Shown: one piece after another, positions 26,872-36,678 of the stretch
How positions within the stretch are numbered: the first letter of the stretch is position 1
How the letters are laid out: each line of letters starts with the position of its first letter
From: a virus
Taxonomy: Duplodnaviria > Caudoviricetes
Reading direction: 5' to 3' (one strand)
DNA length: 51,501 bases
Virus record (IMG/VR): IMGVR_UViG_3300029258_001885
Span: 1-51,501 of that record
Translations under genes and position numbers: made by a program
The notes under the pieces: model-generated
What the model saw: only the letters and a program-made list of their open reading frames with translations
Database searches by the model: none
What the model was told of the DNA's origin: nothing

Positions 26872-27351
26872 TTAAAAATTCCAAAGTTTAGTTTCGTATC
26901 TAATACCAAGGACAACCCCATACATCCGGTTGGCCTCAATCATGTTTAAATCTGTCCAAAGATCCTTGAGATTTACATCATAGACTGAGGCATGTATGCC
27001 GTTGGGAGGAGGTCCCCTAAACGCCGTGTTTACCTGTGCCGTAGGACTGTTGGCATAAACCGCCTTTAAAACAGCCCTCACGAAATCATCCATTACACTG
27101 TCAGGCTGATCGCCATGGATTAACTGCAATTCAAATGACCAGTTGCCCCTCATGCATCCGTGACTCTGCTCGGGCTTGTCCTGGCCGGCAATGCAAAGAA
27201 TTGCAGGCAGCTCAAAATCGGCAAGGTCCATGCCCATGGGTATCTGGTCAAAATAGACCTTCTCAACAGTCAGATCATACCCGTTTACATTCTGGATTGT
27301 CTTCAGCCTGTCAACCAGTCCCTGCTGTATCTGTGTCTTTAATGCGGTCAT
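26872..27351 (-). CDS. tail terminator protein
   Basis: I...L..RL.TI...NGY...LPAI pattern; position before the tail tube. Confidence 0.7.
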   Translation of the reverse strand: MTALKTQIQQGLVDRLKTIQNVNGYDLTVEKVYFDQIPMGMDLADFELPAILCIAGQDKPEQSHGCMRGNWSFELQLIHGDQPDSVMDDFVRAVLKAVYANSPTAQVNTAFRGPPPNGIHASVYDVNLKDLWTDLNMIEANRMYGVVLGIRYETKLWNF

Positions 27352-28016
27352 TTTCTACCCAAAAGCTCCCTCAGCCGTTTTGTATAGGAGGCCTTTTGTA
27401 TATTCTGTGCCTCAATCGCTGCCGGCATCAAGTATGGTCTTGCTGGCATTTTAACCTTTTTGGCCAAAAAGAATAATACCCAGGAACGTGCTGACCCAAT
27501 GGAAGCCCCTGCACGCCTTGTCCCCCAATAAACAGCCACTGCATTACCACGGTCTGTGGGCTGTATCGTAAAGTTGTTTGGGTTTTGCCTTTTGGCCGTT
27601 ATAAACTCTGTGGGAGTCATCCTCTTGAATCTTGCCGGGACGTCCCACTGCTTGAGCCAGAGGTTTTTGGCTCTCTTTGGCTTTATGGTCCCACCCATCT
27701 CATGGATACGGCCGTATGGTATGCCTCTGGTGCCGATAAACCCCTCAGGCAGGTCAATACCCCTGCCTGTCTGTTTGGCTCCACCAAAGATGCTGTTTAA
27801 AAGTCTGCCTGACAGTCTCCGCTTTGACTCTGTTTTGCCAAAGCTGTCACGGGCGTTTTGCTTGGCCAGCTCCTCAGCCTTTGTAACCATGTCAAGCATG
27901 GACAGGCCGTGGGCCTTCAGGAGTACGTTGTTGACTCCCTTGATATAGGCTGCCAGCTCCCTTATGTCCCTATGCTTAGCCAAAGCAGACTCCTGTCTAA
28001 TTGTAAATATAATCAA
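27348..28016 (-). CDS. neck/tail completion protein (HK97 gp10 / virion morphogenesis-like)
   Basis: SGRL..SI, PYGRIHE.GG.I, MPARPYL.PA motifs. Confidence 0.8.
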   Translation of the reverse strand: MIIFTIRQESALAKHRDIRELAAYIKGVNNVLLKAHGLSMLDMVTKAEELAKQNARDSFGKTESKRRLSGRLLNSIFGGAKQTGRGIDLPEGFIGTRGIPYGRIHEMGGTIKPKRAKNLWLKQWDVPARFKRMTPTEFITAKRQNPNNFTIQPTDRGNAVAVYWGTRRAGASIGSARSWVLFFLAKKVKMPARPYLMPAAIEAQNIQKASYTKRLRELLGRK

Positions 28017-28028
28017 ACCCGGATGGGT

Positions 28029-28640
28029 TTATACATTGCGTTGGGCCATGGGCAGACCACCAAACTCAGGCCCAGACTTGTATGGACCCAGTTTGTAAAC
28101 CACCTCCTTGGGTAGGCCTGTCTTTTTGTCCCAGGCTGCGAGGCTGTTGGTGTATCCCTCTGACTCATCCTTTTTGGCACGTGAGGCAAGCCCAATGGAT
28201 TTACGCCCTTTTCGTCTAAACTCAGCCTCAACTGCCTGCAGGACTGCAAGGTGTACGTCACCCGGAACACCATCGTATCCATAGGTATAGTCAACACGTA
28301 CAACAGACCTTCTAAAGGGCTGCTTGTAAAAGGCCAGCTTGATGGCACCGTCCTCCACCTGATACTCATCAGAGTCCACAAGTGACCCACCAGAGCCATC
28401 CGGGTCACAGTGCAGGTAAAGGGCCTGTACACTGGCCACCGGCCTCTTGTCTGGAACAATGATATCTGATTTGTTGCCGTCAATGACCTCATTGGTAATG
28501 GGCGTCAGCTCAAAGGCAGTTTCACAATAGTTGAGTATGGACTGCTCCACAGACTCCTGTATCACTGTGAGTATGGCATCATGGGTGCTGCTGGTGATAC
28601 CGAGCCACTCTTTTATCTCATCAAGGGTGACAAGTGACAT
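28029..28640 (-). CDS. head-tail connector (HK97 gp6 / SPP1 gp15-like)
   Basis: LVTLDEIK.WL.I....D..L; V.YT.GY..VP.D..LA; L.PYK. Confidence 0.85.
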   Translation of the reverse strand: MSLVTLDEIKEWLGITSSTHDAILTVIQESVEQSILNYCETAFELTPITNEVIDGNKSDIIVPDKRPVASVQALYLHCDPDGSGGSLVDSDEYQVEDGAIKLAFYKQPFRRSVVRVDYTYGYDGVPGDVHLAVLQAVEAEFRRKGRKSIGLASRAKKDESEGYTNSLAAWDKKTGLPKEVVYKLGPYKSGPEFGGLPMAQRNV

Positions 28641-28646
28641 GTGGAT

Positions 28647-28967
28647 TTACGCCTTCTTTTTGCTGACTTTCTTTTTGCTGACCTTCTTTTTGCCAAACAT
28701 GGACTTGTCAGACTTTTTGGGCATGTCTTTGGTTTTTGTCTCCACCTTCTGGTGACCTAAAAGCTGGTAATGTCCACCTTTTAACTTGTCCAGCTCAAGA
28801 TTCTTGACCTCAACAAGCCGGTTGGGATATTGCTTGAGCATCCTTTGGACAATTGACTCAAGGACAATTATACACTGTCCATCCTTGAGCATCACACCAC
28901 CACACTCGAATATGGTCAGTGAGGAGCCTCTCAGGTTACATGCCTTCAATTCCGTGCATTTTTTCAT
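28647..28967 (-). CDS. hypothetical protein, Lys-rich tail
   Basis: 106-aa ORF after the capsid gene; KKKVS repeats. Confidence 0.55.
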   Translation of the reverse strand: MKKCTELKACNLRGSSLTIFECGGVMLKDGQCIIVLESIVQRMLKQYPNRLVEVKNLELDKLKGGHYQLLGHQKVETKTKDMPKKSDKSMFGKKKVSKKKVSKKKA

Positions 28968-28983
28968 GTCAGACCCCTTTTAA

Positions 28984-29018
28984 AGAGCCCCACCTCCCAC
29001 ATGGAGAGGAGGGGCTTT
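28984..29018 (-). terminator. hairpin/terminator after the major capsid gene
   Basis: AGCCCC...GGGGCT long imperfect stem with a short T tract. Confidence 0.5.
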
Positions 29019-29032
29019 CAAACATTTAGAGT

Positions 29033-30385
29033 TTAGCTCTTGGCAATATTGCGGGCGTAAATGACACTACGCTCATCAGATGACTGAGGAACACCAGCAA
29101 AGCTGTGGCGTGCCTTGGCACTCATCAACATGGTGTCTGAACTAGGCAGACTGGGAGCAGCCCAAATTTTGGTTGCCTGACGGGTCCACCTTTGAAACCT
29201 GGATTTTTTGACAATCAACATGCCCATGAGATTTTTCGTAATATTGTCATAAACACCATCGGCGTTGAGGTCTTCCCTCATGTAACTGGACTCAATGCCC
29301 TTGACTCCAAATACCGGAGGTATTTGGCCTGTTACATTGGATGCAAGAGCACCAAAAGCAAAAGCAGTGAACAATTCAGGGATAGCTCCTGTGACCAGCT
29401 CATGACCAATGTGGCAGGGCATGATCCAAATGAGGTCAGACTTGTCATCACCCATGCACTTGGTACGCTTGAGCATCTCTGCAAAAAGGTCTTTGTCTGC
29501 AGTAGAGCCACCGTGGTTGTAAACAATCTCACCACCACCGACAACAGCCTCGTTTGCAATGGCAAGCTTGCGGAAGCCTTTGAATGCCTTGCGGAAATCC
29601 TTGGCATTGGTTACATCGGAATCCTGGTGTGGTGCAGTAGTGTCGCCATTTATGATTGAGCGCTCATATGAGCGTCCAACACCACGCTGTACCTCATATC
29701 TGATTTTGTCAATGATCGGAGGTGCAGAGTCATCAAGCAGGTCCTGGGTAACAACCGTGTGTACCACGTTGTTTTTGGACTCAACAAGGTATGATGCCTT
29801 TGTGTTTGTTTGTGCAGTAAAGGTTGCGTCATCAGCCTCAAGCTCACCAAACATGAGACCAAGAGCGCCTGGTACCCTTACCGTAGAGTTTGCCATCGGG
29901 AGCTGGTCAAACTCGTCTGCCAAAAGGAGGGCTATCTCATATTCTTCAAAATAAAAACGTGCCTGGACTGTCGGCAGCCAGCTGTCAAAGTCCGTGACAT
30001 TAAAAGCCTTGAGCATGGGCTCAAGTGCATTTTTGTACTCAGGTACGTTTTTCATCTGTTCAACCGTTGGACGTGCTGTACTATATTTGATGCCAGCCTG
30101 TATTTCACAGTTGTTGAAAACCTTTTTGAAATACAGGAGCCTGAGGCGGACGTCATCAGGCATGAAACCTGTTTGCTTGCGGCTTCCAAAGTTGAGGGGA
30201 CATGCGATTGTCTTCTCGTCATTGTCCGAAACCCTCTGACCAATAAGCTGGCTCATGTGACGTGCTCCAGCCATTTCCGCCCACTTGAGGTCTTCTTTGT
30301 AAATAGGCTTGCCTGTGATAGCAGGTGCCTGCTTGCCGTTTATGACTCCATAAATTCCATCGAGTCCCTGGTTTTGCTCTGTCAT
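29033..30385 (-). CDS. major capsid protein (HK97 fold)
   Basis: 450 aa after the protease; VTQDLLDDS, ERSIINGDT, FKGFRKLA, P.FG...IES.YM; GGGAG RBS before ATG 30385. Confidence 0.88.
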   Translation of the reverse strand: MTEQNQGLDGIYGVINGKQAPAITGKPIYKEDLKWAEMAGARHMSQLIGQRVSDNDEKTIACPLNFGSRKQTGFMPDDVRLRLLYFKKVFNNCEIQAGIKYSTARPTVEQMKNVPEYKNALEPMLKAFNVTDFDSWLPTVQARFYFEEYEIALLLADEFDQLPMANSTVRVPGALGLMFGELEADDATFTAQTNTKASYLVESKNNVVHTVVTQDLLDDSAPPIIDKIRYEVQRGVGRSYERSIINGDTTAPHQDSDVTNAKDFRKAFKGFRKLAIANEAVVGGGEIVYNHGGSTADKDLFAEMLKRTKCMGDDKSDLIWIMPCHIGHELVTGAIPELFTAFAFGALASNVTGQIPPVFGVKGIESSYMREDLNADGVYDNITKNLMGMLIVKKSRFQRWTRQATKIWAAPSLPSSDTMLMSAKARHSFAGVPQSSDERSVIYARNIAKS

Positions 30386-30417
30386 GTCAATCACTCCCTA
30401 AAGTACGTTAAAAGAAT

Positions 30418-30444
30418 AAAAAAGGGTGGGCACCTGCTCCACCT
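30418..30444 (-). terminator. terminator-like hairpin between protease and capsid genes
   Basis: GGTGG(A)GCA-GG-TGCCCACC then CTTTTTT on the minus strand. Confidence 0.4.
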
Positions 30445-30453
30445 CTAAACTAT

Positions 30454-32016
30454 TTATCCATTGATCTGGTTGTAAATGTGCTCCACAACCTTGCTGATTT
30501 TTTTGAGCTCCTCGCCATGAGCCTTGACCTGGTCTGTAAGCTCTGCCAAAGCCTTGCCGTCGCCAGCATCTGCTCCAGCGTCATCTCCCTCAGGCTCTGT
30601 AGCTGCATCACCCTCTGGAGTTGCCTCAGAGTCTCCATCAGACTCCTCAGGCTTGGGATCAGCTGATGCATCCCCCTCACCCTCAGGCTTGGGATCATCA
30701 TCAGCAGTTTTGGCATCCAGCTTGCCCAATACCGACTCCTGCAGCTCAACAGAGCGCTGCAGCTTGACTGTGTTGTCCTGGGTTACTGTCACCAATTCCT
30801 TGACTGATTTTACCAGGTCTTGTGCAGTCTTCTCATCCATGGCGTCCTCATCGTTTGGATTGTTTTGATTGTTATTGTCTTTATTGTTTGCCCCATCAGC
30901 ATCATTTGTCAAGCCCTGGACATCATTAGTAATACTTGTGTTTAACAAAACCTGCCTTATCTCAAAAGTTGACAGCGGATTGGCCGGTACGGCGACTATG
31001 GACAATTCCAAAAGCTCCCAGGCCAGGACAACGGCAGGCTCAACAATCCTGCCCTCATCGTCATAAACAGGAGCCTGTATCTTGGTGGGTATGAAGCCCA
31101 CTGAGACGGTCTTTAGTATGCCTTGAGCTACAAGGCTTCTGACGTCCCTTTGGAGCTGGGTCAGGGGTGCCTTGGTGGGATCTCCGATGTACGCCACAAA
31201 GTGTACACCATCATCCTCGGTCCTGAGCTCCTCCACCTCACCTACGGCAAACCCTGTCATATAGAAATGATCAGCCAAAAGGATTGGATTGAGCATGAAG
31301 TTTTGTATGTCTATACCCCTTGGGTCCATTCTCTCATCCACCCTGTCAACAATATTGGCATTGGCAATGCCTTCAATCCTGAGTTTCGACTCCTCGTCAA
31401 AGCCTGGCTGTCCCAGCTCCTTGCCAGACTCATCCATTACCTTGGTGATGGTCATGGTGGTCTGACGGTACTCCGGATGCAGCATGTTTGGATTGTACTG
31501 GCCTAGTGCGGACTTGCCGCCATCCTGACCAAACTTTTTAAGTCCTCCGTAAACAACATGTCGTCCTGTTTGGGGGTCTATGCCGTCAGAGCCTACACCA
31601 CGTTCTTTTTTGTATCTCTCAACATCATCTGGCCGTCCGACAATCTCAATTGTTCCCTTCATGCTGTCCTCCATCTCATCAAGCATCTCCATGAGAGTGC
31701 CTGCTGCTTTAAAAACATCATCATGATTGTTTTGCGCTGCCCTTGAACGTATGGCTCTTACGGCAGACCTGTATATTTTGGTAGTATCACCATCCTTTTT
31801 GGCAAACGGGTATTTCCATGCCTCCTTTGTCTCCTCGTCGGCATCAGAATCCCGTCCCAAAAAATGCTTCAGATATCTGTCCCAGCTTGGGGGATCACCA
31901 AGCAGCTCATTGCCATCATCAGCGCTAAAACTCCAGGAATCATCACTATTTACATCGCCACGGTCTATGAGAGTTTTGGCAAAGGTAAATCCCCTGCGGT
32001 TTAGCTTGACTGCCAT
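30454..32016 (-). CDS. prohead protease (HK97 family) with N-terminal extra domain and acidic scaffold-like tail
   Basis: VDR..E...P.G, NPILL.DH, SVGF.P, ELLELSIVAVPANP; GGAGG RBS before ATG 32016. Confidence 0.9.
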   Translation of the reverse strand: MAVKLNRRGFTFAKTLIDRGDVNSDDSWSFSADDGNELLGDPPSWDRYLKHFLGRDSDADEETKEAWKYPFAKKDGDTTKIYRSAVRAIRSRAAQNNHDDVFKAAGTLMEMLDEMEDSMKGTIEIVGRPDDVERYKKERGVGSDGIDPQTGRHVVYGGLKKFGQDGGKSALGQYNPNMLHPEYRQTTMTITKVMDESGKELGQPGFDEESKLRIEGIANANIVDRVDERMDPRGIDIQNFMLNPILLADHFYMTGFAVGEVEELRTEDDGVHFVAYIGDPTKAPLTQLQRDVRSLVAQGILKTVSVGFIPTKIQAPVYDDEGRIVEPAVVLAWELLELSIVAVPANPLSTFEIRQVLLNTSITNDVQGLTNDADGANNKDNNNQNNPNDEDAMDEKTAQDLVKSVKELVTVTQDNTVKLQRSVELQESVLGKLDAKTADDDPKPEGEGDASADPKPEESDGDSEATPEGDAATEPEGDDAGADAGDGKALAELTDQVKAHGEELKKISKVVEHIYNQING

Positions 32017-32077
32017 TACATCCTCCGGTTGGTCCTGACTTAAGTTTGTACCCAACAGGAGGGTTTTGTCAATCAGC

Positions 32078-34447
32078 CTATATGGTCTCCAGGATTGCGC
32101 TGGCATTGGACGTGGCAGTGGGTGGTATCACGGATGTAAGCGTACATCTACAATTTATAATCGAAGCTGCTCCACCCATCGGGTCTCTTGGATATTTGAG
32201 TTTGCCGCCAGTCTCATTATCTGTATAGATATGATCCGATGGCACTACACCATCACCTTCGGGCCCCTCCTTTTCAAAAAGGGCATGACTATTGCGTGCA
32301 TCAGGATTGGAGCCTCCAAGGGCAGGGGCGTCGCCGACATGCAGCCATTTCTTGTAGACCTGGCTAAAAACCTCTTTTAGAGTTTCGTGTTGCCACCACA
32401 AGCCCTCAGAGACTGCCGTCAGGGTCTCAGTCCTCGCTATTGTGAAGGCCTGGTCTCCATAACGTTCACCATATTCCTCACGTATCTTTGTAGAGGTCTG
32501 CTCCGTTGTGAGCCCCTCAGTCTGACCCTCCTCAATAAGCCTCATTATCTGCTCTGTCTGCACCTCATCTGTGCCCACAAACCGCTCAATGCCACGGTTG
32601 GCCAGCAATGTACGCCTGTTATCCTGCTCGCGTTGTCTGAGAGCCTCAATGGCCTGCTCATCCTCTGCCGTAAACCTTGAGCGTTTGGTTGGGTACCTGC
32701 CGGAAAGGTCTCTGGTTGTAATGAATTGGCTCAGTGACTTGGTTGTGGTGTTGGCAAGGGTAAACCCACGGTCCATTGCATCATTGAGTACAGGTAGCAT
32801 TGAGGCAGTCCAGTAGTCTGTCCTCTCAGAGCGTGTGGACTCAAGCCTTTTGGCCACATCAGAATTGTCTGTCAGCGCCTCTGCCGCAGTCTCTACAAGC
32901 TTTTCACGGTATTTGTCGAATACTGTACCGTATTTACTCATCATGATCTTTTCAACGTTTGCCTGTGCCTCCTGTGCGGTCTGCTTTATCTGCTTGTAGG
33001 CAATTGTCTTGTCATCATCGGTAGAGTCTGTATTGTCTTCTCCCTGATCAGTATCAGGATCCTCAGGTCCGAAATCATCTCCATCAGCATCATTAAGTGG
33101 TGTTATCTGACTTATAAACAGATTGCCTCTTGGATCGGACGCCTTGAGAGGCTCATAACCAAAGATGTCCTGACGTATCTCATTGATTGTGAGTACATCC
33201 TTGCCTGCATCTACATCCTCCTTTTTGGATGCAATCGACCCCTCAACTGGCGTACCAATAAAGTTGGGCCTTATTTCCACCTCTCCATTATAAATGGTCT
33301 TTACCAGATATGAGTTGTTCCACCCAGATGCCTCAAGCATTGAAAAAGGCACGATTGTGTTTTGCCAAAAGACCTTCTCCTGAGCCTCAGAGGTGGACCT
33401 GTTGACATCCTGCACAATACCCACCTGAGACGGGGGTATCCTGAGCCTTGCAAGCAGTGTTAGCCTGTTTTCTTTTAGTCCCTCAAGGTGCTGCATCTCC
33501 TTCATGTTGAGCTGGGCGTTTACCCACTTGGCACCCTTGGGTAAAAAGAGAGTCCTCCACCAGTTGCGTTTGCCAGTGTAGGCGTTTTCATAGGTTTGCA
33601 TGAGTCTCCTCATACGCTCCTTGGTCATGTCCTCAGCAGTTTCAATGACTCCTGTATTGGTGGCTCCCCTAAGGTAAAAGGCCAGTTCAAACTCATTCTT
33701 GTGCCTGTCCAAAAGGATTGGTCTGGAGGCTGCTGTCAGCAAACTCATGCCGTAATATGGATTGTAGGGGTTTGGTAGCTTGTGATGGACCACCCTCTCC
33801 CATGGGACAAAGAGAGGCTTGTAATTGCCTGAGCCCGTTTTGCGTATCTCAATACCCTCAACTGGTCCCAGCCTCTCAACAAGTGCGCGCTCCTCCTCTG
33901 TGGAAGCCTTGCGAAGTCTCAGCTGGACGGTCTCCACCGGGCACTGGGTCTGAACCTTGTACTGCTCATCAAAAACTCTAAAAAAATTTCCGGCAGCGGT
34001 CAGGTCAATACCGCCATTCCACTCAATCAACATCTTGTCCTGCAGTTGGTTGCCTGCATTTATCTGGGCGTTTAACGGGTGGGTATCATCCACCTCGTCG
34101 GCTGCCTTGTTGTAAACATCCCACTTGAGACTGGACATGGTCCCGCCTATGAGGTCTGCACCGATTGCAACCCACGGCTCCCTCAGGTACAGGGACTTGA
34201 GCCTGCCCACCGTTGATCTTAGATTAAACTCCAGACCAAAATGACCTGTCTCGTCAAGGAGGTTATCCACAGCCCCCTGAAAATCCAAAAGGGAGTATGT
34301 CTTTGTGACAAAATCCTTGCCATACTGGGCCTCAAGGTTTTGGAGCATGTCATTGAGCTCATACATGCCCAAAAGCTGCTCAGTGGATGCTGCAAGATCT
34401 ATAGGCTCATCTGTATTGTCCTGTCCACCCCAAGGCCAAAGTCTCAT
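32078..34447 (-). CDS. portal protein fused to Mu gpF / SPP1 gp7-like head morphogenesis domain
   Basis: V.H.K.PNP..PYYG.S and IPP..VG portal motifs; C-terminal IARTET...KKW...R.SH...LKYP.DP...INCRC. Confidence 0.88.
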   Translation of the reverse strand: MRLWPWGGQDNTDEPIDLAASTEQLLGMYELNDMLQNLEAQYGKDFVTKTYSLLDFQGAVDNLLDETGHFGLEFNLRSTVGRLKSLYLREPWVAIGADLIGGTMSSLKWDVYNKAADEVDDTHPLNAQINAGNQLQDKMLIEWNGGIDLTAAGNFFRVFDEQYKVQTQCPVETVQLRLRKASTEEERALVERLGPVEGIEIRKTGSGNYKPLFVPWERVVHHKLPNPYNPYYGMSLLTAASRPILLDRHKNEFELAFYLRGATNTGVIETAEDMTKERMRRLMQTYENAYTGKRNWWRTLFLPKGAKWVNAQLNMKEMQHLEGLKENRLTLLARLRIPPSQVGIVQDVNRSTSEAQEKVFWQNTIVPFSMLEASGWNNSYLVKTIYNGEVEIRPNFIGTPVEGSIASKKEDVDAGKDVLTINEIRQDIFGYEPLKASDPRGNLFISQITPLNDADGDDFGPEDPDTDQGEDNTDSTDDDKTIAYKQIKQTAQEAQANVEKIMMSKYGTVFDKYREKLVETAAEALTDNSDVAKRLESTRSERTDYWTASMLPVLNDAMDRGFTLANTTTKSLSQFITTRDLSGRYPTKRSRFTAEDEQAIEALRQREQDNRRTLLANRGIERFVGTDEVQTEQIMRLIEEGQTEGLTTEQTSTKIREEYGERYGDQAFTIARTETLTAVSEGLWWQHETLKEVFSQVYKKWLHVGDAPALGGSNPDARNSHALFEKEGPEGDGVVPSDHIYTDNETGGKLKYPRDPMGGAASIINCRCTLTSVIPPTATSNASAILETI

Positions 34448-34458
34448 TGGTCTACTCC

Positions 34459-35901
34459 TTAATTATTGTCCTGGTCAAAGTCTAGCTCCTCAACTGTCTC
34501 ATTGTCAAAGAATCCATCCTCATCCTCAGAGCCACCTGCCACACGGGCATACTCGGCCACCGGGTCCTCTGTGACCTCTGTGATGTCCTTTCCCTGCATG
34601 GCTGCCTCCAAAAGCTTTTCGGCCTCCTCAGCCTTGGCTGACTGGTATGCCGTGGACAGGGCCAGCATCAGGGCTGTCACACAGTCATCATGCTCGCCTT
34701 CGGGAGCGCTGTAGGTATGGTTGCCCGTCTTTGTGACGCTCAGCTCATACGATGCCAGCTCATGCTCCAGCACCTCAATTCTGGGAGCCCTGTGCCAACC
34801 ATCCTCCAATGCCATGGTGGCCCTTGTCACCATCTCACCCTTAAGCTTGTTGGTAAAGGTGATGGGTGTGATTGCCACATCAAGGTCAAAGTCTGCCAGA
34901 TACTCCCCAAAGGCCTCGCCCACACCAGTGGCGTCATACCTGAGGATATGGTCCCCATCGAAATACGTTTTTAGATACCTCTCAAGTCTGAATGCCTGCA
35001 GCTGATACTTGACATGTCTAAACCGGCAAAAGCCCACACACATGCCGTTGGTGGCCACAGAGTAAAAGACTGTGTAGTCCTGTTTTTTGGCCACATCCAC
35101 CCCATGTATGATTGATCCCGACCGGAGGGACTCATTGGGATGGATCCAAAAGCGCACATTGCCCTCAGGCACCTGCAAGGACTCATCCCAAACCCCCGAG
35201 AGGTCTCCAAAGGTTGACCCGTATGAGGTAAAGATTGCTTTATAGTACTGGTCAAACAGGTGTTTTGGCAGGAGTCTTTTGGCGTTGGCTATGGCCTCGG
35301 GTCTGACAAAGGGGCTGCAGTCTGTCTGCAGCTGGGCCCAACAGAAAAAAGGATCACCAGACTTGGCCAGCCTGAAGACGTCATAGTACCAGTTAAACCC
35401 ACGGGGGGTGCCTGTAATGATGCCAAGACCCATGGTCTGTGTGATGGTGGTAAAAAGGGAGTGCCAGACCTGTCTCACGATTTTACCGGCCTCGTCCAGT
35501 ACAAACCGGTCAATGGCCTCACCCTCAACGGTGACCTCGGCGTCACGTCCGTGCATAAACTTGATAAAGGAGCCGTTGGCCAGGCGTATCTCAAGCTTGC
35601 CGTCCACACATCTGGCCAGACCGTCGATGTTGACCATGGCCTTTATGTATCTGTAGGCTATCTGGCATTTTTGATAGGTTGGTGCAACCCAAGCACAATA
35701 CAAGCCCTTGTAGGTCAAAGCCTCTGTGGTGAGCCACAGGGAGGCTCCCATGGTCTTGCCGGACTTTGTGCCTGCAGGCCCCACAAGTACCTGGGCCTCT
35801 GGATACATCTCAGGCCAGTCTGTAAAGACACGCTGGTGCTCATGGGCTCCAGGCAGCCTGATGCGTACCTTTGAGGGCATGGTGCCTGAGTCCACGTACA
35901 T
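34459..35901 (-). CDS. terL: terminase large subunit
   Basis: Walker A AGTKSGKT, Walker B FVLDEAG, GTPRGFNWYY, nuclease GVDVAKKQDYTV...D.TGVG...HDDCV. Confidence 0.95.
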   Translation of the reverse strand: MYVDSGTMPSKVRIRLPGAHEHQRVFTDWPEMYPEAQVLVGPAGTKSGKTMGASLWLTTEALTYKGLYCAWVAPTYQKCQIAYRYIKAMVNIDGLARCVDGKLEIRLANGSFIKFMHGRDAEVTVEGEAIDRFVLDEAGKIVRQVWHSLFTTITQTMGLGIITGTPRGFNWYYDVFRLAKSGDPFFCWAQLQTDCSPFVRPEAIANAKRLLPKHLFDQYYKAIFTSYGSTFGDLSGVWDESLQVPEGNVRFWIHPNESLRSGSIIHGVDVAKKQDYTVFYSVATNGMCVGFCRFRHVKYQLQAFRLERYLKTYFDGDHILRYDATGVGEAFGEYLADFDLDVAITPITFTNKLKGEMVTRATMALEDGWHRAPRIEVLEHELASYELSVTKTGNHTYSAPEGEHDDCVTALMLALSTAYQSAKAEEAEKLLEAAMQGKDITEVTEDPVAEYARVAGGSEDEDGFFDNETVEELDFDQDNN

Positions 35902-35902
35902 G

Positions 35903-36661
35903 TCAGTCCTCTTTTTTACGTCTCTTTGGTCTGGGTCTTGTCAAGTCGTACCTTTTGGAGACCCGTGAGTCTTTTAAAAGCCTCTCTTGCCTGCTGAGGT
36001 ACAACTGCATTGCCGAGGGCGTTAATTTGGTCCACTGGGATGGGTAGCTCATTACAGTCTCGTAAAAGACCACCTTTGGCAGTAAACCAGTCTTTTGGTA
36101 AACAAATGTTGGTATCTCCAGGCTGTCCCTGTTGCGTCTCTTTTTGAAATTCCAAACCTTCCAGTCCCGGGCCATGGGCGTGGGCAAGGCAAAACCATCT
36201 GTCTCTCTTGTGAGGGGCTCCCACCTCAAAAGCGGATACAACACCCCATCGACAATCATACCCTGCATTGGCCAATTGATACCCAACGGTGTGCAGCCCA
36301 CGTGTCCTGATTGCTGGGACATTTTCAAAGAATATGAATCTGGGTTTGATTTTTTTGGCCAACCTGATGACATCAAAAAATAATCCGCTTCGCTCGCCAT
36401 CCAAGCCATCACCAACCTTGACAATACTAAGGTCCTGACATGGCCACCCAGCCGTAATGATGTCCACCAGGCCCTCAAGGGGTTTGCCTGTAAAGGTTGT
36501 GACATCGTCCCAGATGGGAGCGTGTGGGAGGTCTCCTGTCTGCATCCTCTCCTTGAGCACCTCCTGGCAGTAGGGGTCAAGCTCAACGTATGTGATTGGT
36601 CTGACCCATGGGGACAGGGCAACTGCAAGTCCTCCAATGCCGGTAAATAGATCCAGCCCAT
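35903..36661 (-). CDS. C5 methyltransferase beta chain in overlapping alternative frame (start uncertain)
   Basis: Open for 252 codons over the MTase; WP..GM..DG..Y, LPTP.ARDWK and F.E.VM.YP..WT (motif IX-like). Confidence 0.7.
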   Translation of the reverse strand: MGWIYLPALEDLQLPCPHGSDQSHTLSLTPTARRCSRRGCRQETSHTLPSGTMSQPLQANPLRAWWTSLRLGGHVRTLVLSRLVMAWMASEADYFLMSSGWPKKSNPDSYSLKMSQQSGHVGCTPLGINWPMQGMIVDGVLYPLLRWEPLTRETDGFALPTPMARDWKVWNFKKRRNRDSLEIPTFVYQKTGLLPKVVFYETVMSYPSQWTKLTPSAMQLYLSRQERLLKDSRVSKRYDLTRPRPKRRKKED

Positions 36662-36668
36662 TTAGCAC
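35916..36668 (-). CDS. DNA cytosine-5 methyltransferase, alpha chain (motifs I-VIII and X)
   Basis: DLFTGIGG, AGWPCQD, FFENV, GAPHKRDR, ALGNAVVP; motif IX not seen. Confidence 0.9.
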   Translation of the reverse strand: MLNGLDLFTGIGGLAVALSPWVRPITYVELDPYCQEVLKERMQTGDLPHAPIWDDVTTFTGKPLEGLVDIITAGWPCQDLSIVKVGDGLDGERSGLFFDVIRLAKKIKPRFIFFENVPAIRTRGLHTVGYQLANAGYDCRWGVVSAFEVGAPHKRDRWFCLAHAHGPGLEGLEFQKETQQGQPGDTNICLPKDWFTAKGGLLRDCNELPIPVDQINALGNAVVPQQAREAFKRLTGLQKVRLDKTQTKET

Positions 36669-36678
36669 CTCATCCTCC

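Noticed and set aside
28013-28492. Alternative-frame ORF as a missing head-closure gene
   Set aside because: No motif, and nearly entirely nested in the connector gene. A separate stopper gene was simply not recognised.
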